From NCBI GenBank assembly GCA_900088475.1, contig FLMG01001143.1, forward strand, positions 1-64,000: a stretch of DNA of 64,000 nt, in the 5' to 3' direction. How positions within the stretch are numbered: position 1 is the stretch's first letter; every line of letters starts with the position of its first letter. The notes below the pieces were generated by a model. The model was not told the DNA's origin and ran no database searches. It was given only the letters and a program-made list of their open reading frames with translations. The position numbers and the translations under genes are program-made. Below are positions 13,601 through 25,600 of this stretch, one piece after another. Source of the stretch: Hyphochytrium catenoides. Its lineage: Eukaryota > Protista > Hyphochytriomycota.

Positions 13601-16600
13601 CCCCGCGATTGCCCCGTGCGCAGGCGAACGAATCCGGAAGGGCCATCATTAGTCTCACCTGAAGAAATGTCGACAGGACCAGATTGGAGTCCATCCCCAC
13701 TTGCAAGGGTGACCTCACCAGTTTTCTCTCCGCCAGCACTAGAGATAAAGACCGCTCCCGATTTTTGTTTACCTTTTCCACTTGCAATGGCTAAGTAACC
13801 TCCCTCGAATCGCGCTTCACCTGCTGATAATAGCATCTCGCCACCAGCACCGTATAATGAGCTTCCCGCCCGGATGGATACCCCCGCTCCCTTCGTAGAT
13901 TGCGTGGCCCCTGCCAGCAGACTGATACTTCCAGCAGTCCCGGATGATGCTCCTCCCGTCCCAAGCTCCAGACTTCCAGATCCCTTGCTGCCCTTTCCAG
14001 AGAATATTGCAATATCACCGGAGTAATCGTCACCTCGACCCGAAGAAAGCTGGAGATCTCCCGAACGTAGCGCAGCAGTCGACGCAACCCTTACATAGCC
14101 ACTGGATACGCGTCCTTGTCCACTTCTCAAATCTAACGCTCCGCCTCCCATTCCTTTAGTCGATCCTGCCCCCACTCTAATGGTCCCTCCCAATCCTTCT
14201 TGCGAACTCCCTGCTGATACAACCACCGAACCACCTAGCCCCCTTGTGGCGGAGCCTGCTATAACCTCTACATTCCCTGCTGGGCTCATGCCAGTGTTGC
14301 CACTGGCAATTGAGACGTAACCACTACCGCCTTCCGAGCTTGGAGTACCCATACTAAGCCGGCCGGAAGGGCTCTTTTTCCCCATGCCAGTCTGGATGGA
14401 GACAACGCCGCCTTGATTCATAGAGTCTCCGCCTTGAAGACGAATCTCCCCTCCCGAGCCACCGTTGCTATGGGACGATCCCCCTTTGATTGTGACAAGG
14501 CCGCTAGAAGAAGTCTCTGAAAAGGGACGGCTAGATCCCGCGGTAAGTACCAAAGATCCTGGCACAAATCCATCCCCCGCTACAAGGCGGATGCTGCCAC
14601 CCGTTGAACTTTGACTACCTCCTCCCTCGATGTCCACACCTCCAGCTTGTCTGCCTCCAGAGGCCCCAGAACGAACTAAAACGGATCCCGAATTTGCATT
14701 CAGCGCATTGCCAGTAGCAATGCTCACGCCGCCTGTTGATGCCGATGCAGTGCTGGTACGAGTTTCTAGACTGATTTGGCCTGTTATTCTTTCGCTGTCG
14801 CCACCCAGTAACTGAATACTCCCTCCCTCACCTTGGGTAGAGGTACCTCCTTCGATAAGTACACCACCTCCTCTACGTTCAGTGGCATGACCGCCTTCAA
14901 TGTGAGTCTTACCCGGGGCGAATCCATCAAAGGAACTCCCTGAGCGTACAAACACGGATCCACCAACTCCTTTTCGTGCCGAACCCCCTTCAAGAAGCAG
15001 GTGGCCCATGGCGCCAGTATCAGAGTCGAAAGAGCCTGTGGTGATAGTTACATTGCCACTAATCAATCCTCCCTTCCCAGACATCACACGGACCGAGCCG
15101 CCGACCGCTGATAACCCAGCGTTACCAGCCTGAAGAGAAAGCGTGCCGCCTGCTCCTCCCGAACTGTAGCCAGCGCTGACGAGGATGGCGCCAGCTTTAT
15201 CTGAATATCCTGTCCGAAGTTCAAGATCTCCCGAGGATCTAGCACCTTCAGAACCACCCGTAAAGATATTGATGTTTCCGGAGCCACCTCGCCCGGATTC
15301 TACCGGGGTGGAAAGTCTTATTTTGCCAGAGACGCCAATTCCGCCGGTCTTCCCGGAACCAATATCTATACTTCCACCCTGTGAACTCGCGCCAGCGCCT
15401 GCGTATAGACCTAGGTTACCTCCTAGAGCGAACTCGGATTTGCCAGCGTGTAGCACTATATCTCCCGCATCGCCTAAGGATGACTGCCCGGCGTCTATGC
15501 GAACATGGCCGGTTCGACCTTTCTTAGAGTTGCCGGTCATTAAGGAAATTCCACCAGAGCTGTGATCGGTCGCAGCTGTTTGTAGCACAATCGTTCCAGA
15601 AGTCAGTGTCCTGGAACTCCCAGTGCTCAAAACAATGGAACCCCCAACACTACGCCCTGACCCTCCTGCAGAGAGGGAAAGTCCACCTCCGCTGCGTCCC
15701 GTAGACTTTCCAGCTATAATTTGTACTTCTCCACTGTCGCCCAGCGTAGCATGTCCTGAAGCAATCTGCACACCACCAGTTTGTAAAGCATCTGCAGACC
15801 GCAGGTTGACTCCTCCTGATGACCCCGTCGATACATTTCCTGATCCAATGGTAATAGGACCCGAGGCCCTCGGCCCCGAGCCCGATGAAATTGTGATAGA
15901 GCCGCTTGTTCTAGCGCCAGTACCACTAACGAACTCCAGCCTTCCGCCTTCTTGCTCTTCTAGTCCCTGAATGAGAAGACGAGCGCCTCTACGCCCATCA
16001 AGTGATGAACCCGAGAATAGAGTGATAGAGCCAGACCCCTCTTCGTAAGTACCGGTGGAAACCGATATGGTGCCTCGCTCAAGAGTCTTTAGCTCAAGGG
16101 CCCTGGATGGAGCACCTGCCCTCGAGCCGCGGTATCCAGCAGCAGTCATACTAATCCCACCGCTTTGGGTCCTAAGTGATATCTGGTCTTCCTTTGCTTC
16201 AGTCGCTGAAACGGTTTCCCCAGTCGATACGGAAATCATGCCTGACTCGTAACCTGGTAATCCCTGAGCTGTTTGCAAGAAGATGTGTCCAGAGGAGCCA
16301 GATCTTGAAGCAGGGAGAGTTGAGAGGACGATATCGCCCGATTTTGAACCTGTTCCTCCGCCTCCGCCGCTCGTAATCTCGACGTCACCACCGTCGGAGA
16401 GTGACCCAAAGCCTCCAGCAAGCGAGATTTTGCCCCCTTTAGCGCTACTATGGGAAGTAGGCGTAGTGGAATCTCCACCCCGAAGCTTAACGCTTCCCCC
16501 AGAGCCTTGTTGCCCGGCGCCTCCGTAAAGAAGGAGTTCTCCTCCGAAGCTATCCAGAGCACTGCTTTCTCCAGCTTGTAGAGACAGATTTGCGCCGTGT

Positions 16601-19600
16601 CGGGTGGAGCTAAGGCCACTTCGAATAGTAACATCTCCGGCCTTGCCGCCGTCACCGGAACCCACGTATAGCCCTCCCGACTCACCTGCCACTGTTCCAG
16701 AGGAGATTGATATAGACCCACTTGAAGCTGCTCCAGCGGCACCTGCTGAGCTTATCTCGAGATTACCTGTGGAGCCACCCACCCGCTTCTCCGTAACACC
16801 GGACCGCATAGTAATGGAGCCACCGGACCCATCTGACAGTGAGCTCTTTCCTGCATAAATCTCGACATGACCCCCGTAGCCATTTTGTGATGCTCCCGCA
16901 AGAAGCCTAATTGCTCCACCTTCACCTTCGACTGAGTCACCTGGCTTGAGGTCGATGCTTCCAGAACTAAAAGCCGCACCTGTAGCAATCACGACATCGC
17001 CACTACTTGATGAGTAGCTACTGCCAGTCGCAATGCGTACATGTCCTGTGTTCCCATAGCGGGAAAGGCTCGAAGTAATTGAGAAAGAGCCGGAAAGAGC
17101 ATCTTTCCCACTGGACCCGCCCGATTTGAGGCTGATATCACCCCCTTTGAAGCTATCGCCAGCACTAATGGTGATCGCTCCACCTTTACCCCCCATAGAG
17201 CTCCCGGAAGAAAGGACCACGTCCCCAGCTGGGCCTTGTCCTGCACTGCTGCCTGCTCGTAGAACCAATGCACCTCCAGTTGATGCTGCGGACGCGCCGG
17301 AAAGCAATTGAATGGTGCCTGAACGGCCAACGGTTGAAGAACCCGACCTAACCGTTATTCCGCCGGCGGGTCCTCGAGAGGCATTTCCAGCAGAAACGTC
17401 TACAACCCCTCCCGCCCCGGCGTTAGAGGCACCGCCTATTCGTAGGGTGAAGTTACCAGACGAAGAAGACGAAGAGTCTCCAACAATGAAGCGCATATCT
17501 CCTGAAGGACCATTAGGATTATCTTGGGTTTGGACTTGCAGACCACCACCTCCTGTCTCTCCCCGGGATGTTAGTAGCGAAATCGTGCCGCCTCTTCCAG
17601 CTGTTGCCTGTCCGGAAGCAAATCTGATGTCACCAGCCTTTCCGAGACCTATAGCTGAACCGGCACTCAAGTGGATGGATCCAGCAGAAAGTGGTGAGAT
17701 GCTCCCATCAAATGAGGATCCGCTAATCAATCTTACGTCACCAGCTTTTCCCTGTCCTTCCACCGATCCGGTCGCGAAGTTTAATCCTCCAGTGTCGCCA
17801 TTCTTGGCCTTACCACTAGCAATGATGACCTGCCCTGAAGAACCACTCCGTCCTACCGAGGAGGTAATCTGAATTTCTCCGGACGTCGAAGAGCCGGAAC
17901 CACTGATTAACTGAACGCTCCCACCTGTAGCATGCGACGTACCAGCCCTTACGGAGATATCGCCTCCCAAACCTTCCCAGTCTGACGAAGCTCCTACTGT
18001 CAACGAGATGTTACCAGCTCGACGTCTCATTGAGCTTCCCGTAGACACAAAAATACCACCAGATTTATGTTTGCTGGAGTCGGCGGTGCGGATAACTGCA
18101 CTGCCGCTGCTCGCACTTGCGGAGGACCCCGACTCAAGAACGACGAGTCCTCCACGAGAGATCTTACTACTGCCACCTTTGAGAGCAACCCCTCCGGCTG
18201 GCCCGATAGCACTTCCACCGGTAATCTCAATTGTTCCGGCCTTGCCGCCAGGTCCACTTGCTCTTCCTCCCATCAAAAAAATAGATCCTGCACTGCCTGA
18301 GGCCGTTGTGCCGCTCAGTATTGCTACCTTACCAGAATTACTCCTTGGCCCTGAAGTGGATCCAGAACCAACCACTACCGCTCCTCCGTCGCCTCTTAAG
18401 CTATCGCCAGATTGTATGGCTATTAAACCACCTCTTGATTGTTCAGCTAGCCCTACAGACAACTCAATGCTGCCGGTGACGGCTGCGGCTCTGCCCGTCC
18501 TCAATGTAACACCTCCTGAGGAGAGCTCAGCACCAGATGAACTCAATGAGATATTTCCTCCAGGCCCCGAGGTTATATGCACTCTTCCGCCTGACGAATC
18601 CATGGCTCGACTCCCGGCGTGGATGGAAATTTCTCCAATACCCGAAGTACCAGAGCCAGATTGCAGTTGTAAGTCACCTCCCTTCCCAAAAGTAGACGAG
18701 CCTCCACTGAGCACAACATTCCCAGCGTCCGTTTGCGCAATCCCAGTGTGCAAATGAAGATCTCCCGTCTTGATGGCCGAGCTCTCCCGCGGTCCAGTTG
18801 CAATGTAAGTATCACCCCACCGCAGTCTAGAAGCACCAGATTCTATAATTACGTCGCCACCAACTTCTTCTCCCGGCCCACCGGCCACGAGAATGCTACC
18901 CCCACTAGACCCTTTACCGCCCTCCAACTGAATAGAGGGCCCACTTCTACCGTTCACACCTCCAACGCCAAGGAGGACCTGTCCGTTCTGTTCTCCACGG
19001 CCGGATAATATTGTGACGTCACCGCTAACACTACCTGATCCGGTCACGTCTTTAGTATGAATCTTAACAGAGCCACCCTGCTGTGTGTTGCGGTCACTCT
19101 CGGTAAGAAGCAGAATATCTCCGCTTTTGGAGCCTGCCCCCGTAATCAATTCTAAGCTTCCTGCTCTGCCCTCATGGCTAGAAGTACCTCCTGCACGCAG
19201 TTCAATTCCTCCTGTCTCTCCAGTCTTGCCGCTACCAGTAAGAAGGGCAATTGAACCGGACGGTGCACTCCCTGTAGCTGTTGTTTCCATTCGTATTATA
19301 CTGCTGGAGTTTCTATCCTCTCCAAGGACTAGGCGCGCTGCGCCCTTGTCTCCAAGACTATCCAAGCTCGTAAGCTCGATTCTTCCCTGTGCCGCTGTTC
19401 CCTCTGCATTCATCATTATAGCAGGTGAATTTTGTGTTCTTCCCACGCCTGTCTGAATCCTGATATCCCCGCTGTGAAGCCCAGAGCCCGTTTCTATTTC
19501 CACGTTTCCACTCCGACCTGTTGCGACTCCTGTTACTAGCGTCAATGATCCACCTGTCCCAAACGAGCCGCCGCTTGCCATATGGAGAGAGCCACCCTGG

Positions 19601-22600
19601 CCATTCCCCGAGTTAGTTCCAGCTTTGAGAGTCAAAGAACCTGCGACAGACAAATCAGAAGCGCTATCTCCTGCTTGAACCGCAATATCTCCACTTTTGG
19701 CGTCAGATGACCCTGAAGAAAGAGTTACAAGGCCCGTAGATCCGGCGCCATGTCCCGTCCCAATGCTTAAATCTCCTGAGTGAATGCTGTTGGAACTCTT
19801 GATTCGCACTGAGCCACTAGATAGAGTCCCGGTCCCGGAAGTAATAATTACGTCACCTCCTGTACTATATTCAGAACGGCCGCTGCTCAGCTCCAGGTCA
19901 CCTCCCTTATTATCTGAGGATGAGCCTGTGGAGGCCCCTGCTAATATCCGTAGAAGACCACCGCTAGTTGTTTGGGATCGTCCAGACTGGATGGAAATAT
20001 GACCTGCTTTACCTTTTGTGTTCCCAGTGCTAATAGAAACTCCGCCAGAAGACCCCAGTCCATGACTGTCTCCGGTAGATAGCTCGACAGGTCCAGACAT
20101 TCCACGTTGGGATGAGCCACTGGTCAGTACCAGATGGCCCGAAGTACCCACATTTCCGCCGGTAGATATTGAAATATGGCCCCCCGCATCATCTGCCGAC
20201 TTCCATTGCTCGTTGTCAGAACCAGACGTAGAAATTCTAATTGAACCTTGACTGCCAGCAGCGAGGCCGATATCAGAGCCAAACCCATTGCCTGTGGTGA
20301 GTTGAATAAACCCGGCACCGTCACCAGTTGGGCTGTCCGCTGTGGACAGCCGGATGGAGCCAGAAGGACCATTGATAGCCGACCCAGATAAGAGTTCCAG
20401 GTCCCCTGACTGTTTCTCCGATATCCCTGACTTAACCGTAATCGCGCCAGAGCTACCTTCTCCTGTGGTGGAGGTTGACATAGCGATACGGCCAGAGCCA
20501 TGACTTGCCTGTCCTGATACTATCTCAACCGCGGCAGCATCATCTCCCTCCCCAAGTATAAGGTGAGCACTGCTAAGTGAAGAGTCAGCTCTCCTTAGTC
20601 CGCTCGATAAGCGTATTGAGCCTCCTGCGTCTGACCCACTACCGCCAATCACTTGAACGCGGCCACCTTGATCGCCGAGGCTACGGCCTGCTTGCAGAGT
20701 CAGACTGCCTCCTATCTCCCGACCGCTTGTGCCAACGCTGATTGAGATACCTCCACCGGAAGAGTGGCCCCGACCGCTGTGTAGATGTATGGGCCCACTA
20801 GAACCAAACTCAGATGAACCAGTTTTCAACGCAAGGTGACCCGTTCTCGTCCCTGGTCCGGAATGGTGCACCGACTTAGCTGATTGGATGGTCACAGCTC
20901 CACTTGACGTAATGGCATGCCCAGACTCCATATAAATGGAGCCGCCTTGAGGTCCTTGAGATGCACCAGCCCGAAGGTCCAGTTTTCCGCCTTCTCCCCG
21001 TCCAGACCTTCCGGCTGAAAGGATGACGTTTCCTGAAGAGTCGAAAGCTGATTCACCACTTGAGATTTGAACCATTCCAGTGTTGCCTTTCGAAGGACCA
21101 GTTCGAATATGAATGGAGGAGGATTCGTAAGCCGAGGCCCCAGTCTGGATATCAATTGTGCCGCTACGAGCGGTCTTGGAGACACCGCTTTGGATCCTCA
21201 CCGCACCACCGAGGTGACCAGAGAAGGAGGAGCCAGCCATTACCTCTATGGAACCTGGAACGTTGTATTGGCTGCTACCGGCAGCAAGAGAGACAGACCC
21301 GGCAATGCCCCGAGTGGAGTTCCCAGATTCAAGAACGACTTCGCCTGTGCTGCCAAGGGTAGCTTTACCAGACCCAACTCTCACTCTCCCGGATATGCCC
21401 TCTTGACTGTCGAGAGGAGCAGAAGTCATGCGAATCTCGCCTGAATCTCGTTGTCTACCCGAACCAGACAGGAGGAATACCGAGCCAGGCTGCCCATCAA
21501 CTGTAGACCCTGCACTTAGCAACACTCGTCCACCCCGGCCTTTTGCGCTTTCAGACGTTCCAGCATAGAGTGTCAGATCACCTCCCTTACCTTGAGACCC
21601 CCCTGCGGTAAACAGAAAGGACGATAAAGTTGAGTGGAGCCAAGAGCCTAAGAAGCGCGATAACGACAAACTAGCTCACCTTTTACTTGACCTGCACTTA
21701 TTATCACGGATCCAGCTTGTCCTTCAGCAGATAGGGAACTACCAGCCAGCAAAATGGCGTCACCCCCTCTTCCTAAATCGCTATCCCCACCTTGTAGCCG
21801 AAGAAGTCCTCCGGATGAGGCCTTTGCGGCTCCAGCGTGAAGGAGTACGGACCCTGACGCTTTCGAAGCCTTGCCACTTTCTAAAGATAGAGAACCACTG
21901 TTACCTTCATGCGATACCATAGTGCTAAGGGATATGCTTCCCGAAACGCCTTCCGTCCGACTTCCACCAGAAAGGAGGCTGATGCCACCTCCAAGTGACC
22001 TCATGCTTGAAGATGATGAGCCAGCTCGGATGGTGACACTCCCGCCTTTTAGACCGCCAGTCGCGCCGACATTCATAGTAATACTCCCAGACTGTTCTCC
22101 AGATCGCCCAACTTCAAGCATTAATGATCCGGATCTTGCTCCGTCTGCTTTGCCTGTTCTGATATTAACCATGCCACTTGGACCTGAATGAGGTTGATCG
22201 CCGCTGGCAAGTAAGACCGTGCCTCCGCCACTCTGCTGGCTAGTGCCACTAAGGATACTAATGGCACCGCCAAATCCTCCGACCGAAGAACCTGCCCGAA
22301 TAAGGACCTTGCCTCCTATACCAGAGGCAAGACGAGTAAGCAATAAGGTTTATTCAACCCAGGAAAACAGTACCCACCTTCGGATCCACTTTGAAAGCCC
22401 GCGGTATCTCCAGCTTGCAGGTTGATGCCTCCACCATGTCCACCACCAAGACTGCCTTTGTAGCTATTGTGCCCAGCGCGGATAGACACTTCGCCCGCCT
22501 TAGCAGGTGCATGAGTAATCCCAGCTTGAAGCTCGAGTACCTTGCCCTCGCTAGATTCTGAAGCCCCGGATTTGATTCTAATGCCAGCAGAGCCCTGTGT

Positions 22601-25600
22601 AGCACCTCCAGATCGGCCTGTCTCCAGGGTGATAGCCCCAGCGTTTGCTTCTGAAGAATCTCCTGTCTTAAGCAAGAGCGATCCTGACTGCGACCTCTTG
22701 GATGTAGATGGCACGGATAATATGGTCACGTTTCCGCTGCCACCACTGTCACTTTTACCGGAAAGAATGAGGATGGATCCTCCATCTCCAGAACTTGCTT
22801 CTCCGCCTTCCATTGTAATGCTCCCACCTCGAGATCCTATTCTCTGATGACTTCCACTTCGTCCTCCAGTCAGTCGTATATCTCCTCCGATGGAGCTTGC
22901 TGTGACGGTACTTGAAAAGCTGGTTCCGCCCGTAAGTGACACAGAACCACCTTTACCCGTCTTACTATTGGCAGTCCAAAGGTCCCCACCGCGAAGGTTA
23001 ACGCTTCCACCTACAGCGCCACTCCCAACTCCGACGTCAAGACTGATCTCCCCACCGCTTCCGTGTGTGCTTGGACCCGTTGATAAACGAATGCCGCCAG
23101 AAGGACCAGAATTGCTAGTGCCAGTGGCCATTTTGATGCTGCCACTAGAGCCTTTAAGGCCCCCCCGTTCTGTTCGTAGAGATATAGAGCCAGAAGTGCC
23201 CTTTGTACTTCCTCCGGATACAATATTGACGGAACCACCTGAAGCGCCTCCTCTTGCTTGGCCACCTTCAAAGAGAACATCGCCACCCATTCCTTCTTCA
23301 GAAGGCCCTACGGTAAAGGTAAGGTTACCGGCGCTGGCTCCCTTCGCCTCACCAGTTTGAAAGCTTAGTGACCCTGACGGAGCGGAGCGAGATGCCCCAG
23401 TGGAAAGGGTAACGTCTCCACTGCGCCCCCGGATCCCAGCGTCAGCAGACGAGATGAGAATGTGACCACTGGTGGTTGCCTCTCCAAATCCTGAGAGGAT
23501 TCGGATCTGACCTCCTTTCCTCTTCCTAGCATGACCACCAACAATGCGAACATCTCCTCCATTATCACCCGGTCCACCCCCCATGGCTGCTCCCCCGAAG
23601 AAAGCTAGAGCTCCTCCACGTCCTCCCGAGCCCCAGTGGGGGTGAGTGCCTTGACCAGCCTGGAGAATAATTCCACCTCCAACAGCTCCTTTGCCTAGGG
23701 CTTCCCCTCCTTCAAGAAGAATTTGCCCTCCATCTCCCATTGCACCTAGCAAATTGAATGTGGAGTGTGTACCATCAGAGAGAGAATAACCAAAGCAATA
23801 GAACGGTAACTCACCTTGGCCAACCTTAAGGCTGATTCCGCCACCGGGCCCCCCAGCAGAGGCACCTGTTTCCAGACTCAAGGCTCCTGAGGGACCAATT
23901 GAAGCTCTTCCGGTAAGAAGTGCTGCTTTGCCACTTGGTCCGCTTTCTTCCATGGAGTCAGCAGTCATCAATTGCAAATCGCCAGATCCATGGGGGCTGG
24001 GGCCCGTCAACAGAGAAAGATGACCCCCAGGAGAAGAATGATCGGATGTGGGGCCTGCCTTAATGGTGACCGCCCCTCCCTCCCCTACAGTCCCTCTGCC
24101 AGAAGCGATTTCTATTGTGCCACCACGCCCAGAATCAGCTTTGCCAGTCCGGAAGGCGATACTCCCACTGCTGCCACCCATAGATCGTCCAGTTCGCAAC
24201 GTGGCGGAACCACTACTTCCAGTTACGCTAGAGTCTTCCGTGAGCAGGGCAATAGACCCTGTAGTACCTATCCTGCTCCCACCTGAAGCAAGTCTAATAG
24301 ATCCACCATAACCTGCTCCTGCTATCCCCCCTTGTAACTCTATATTACCGCCATTGTCTCGCCCAGAGCCACCTCCCAGGGCTTTACCTCCGATAAGAAG
24401 CACACTTCCGCCATCTCCACCATCAACGGCACTTTCACTCTCCCCGTCGCCTCCGCTAATGCGTACTTTTCCTCCTATCCGGCCTGGGTAAGAGCTCGCT
24501 CCGGCGGAGATGTCAACAGTTCCTCCATCCAAGTATGATGCAGATCCGACGCTGAGCTTAATGTCCCCTCCTCGGCCAGCAAAAGAATCGCCGGTCCCCA
24601 GTGTTATAGTCCCTGAGTGGCCCGCTTGCGATACGCCTGTGGTAATAGCCACTTGGCCACTGGCACCGGAATCCCCTGCAGCTGGACTTCCAACGGTGAT
24701 GGACCCGCTAGAACCAACAGTGCTCTTGCCCGAGAGGACTTCGACAGGCCCCCCAGACCCCACTGCTGCCTCCCCTCCATAGAGCAGAACCTCACCCGCA
24801 TTATTATGCACATGATTACCCCGGGCACTACCTCCCTTCAATAGTAAACCCCCACCACTTCCACCGTTTGCTTCATCAGAGCTGCCGCCATTCCCTCCTA
24901 AAATTGCGACCTTTCCACCAGCTCCTCCTGGGGCTGAAGTCTCACCAGCTTCTAGACGGACCCAACCTGCAATTGAAGGAAAGCAGAGCCGGTAAGAAGT
25001 CTTGATCGTTACCATACCTTCGAACTTCTCTTACCTCCATCCCTAGATGACGCTCTGCCTACTGCCAAAAGGATTTCTCCTGCCGAGCCTCCACCAGCTT
25101 CACCTGTGGCTAAGAAGAGTGGTCCCGAGCCTCCATTTCGGCTCTCTCCACTGCCAAGGAGTACCCGCCCACTGTGTCCTAATCTTGTCGAGACTGCAGA
25201 GGTGATACTGATGTCACCGCTTTGACCACCAAACATGCTTGGGCCACTGCTCAGCCGGAGATGGCCCCCCGTAGCCGTCTCAGATAATCCTGCAGTAAGG
25301 ATCACGTCGCCGCCAGGTCCGTCCTTTGAAGTCCCAGACGTGATGGAAACAGATCCGGCCTTCTGAGAGCCAGAGGTATTCCCAGCTGCAATAAACACGT
25401 TCCCTCCGGATCCTGATGACGCATCGCCACCAAGCAATCGAACGGCACCTCCATTGCCGCCATCCGCAACACTGGCCCCCGAAGCTATTAGAAGGTCACC
25501 TCCTGAGGCTTCAGATGCTTGGCCCTGGGTAAGGACTATGGTTCCTGGTTTCCCCATATTAGTGGATCCTGTAGATAACAGAATGTCTCCCGAGCGCGTC

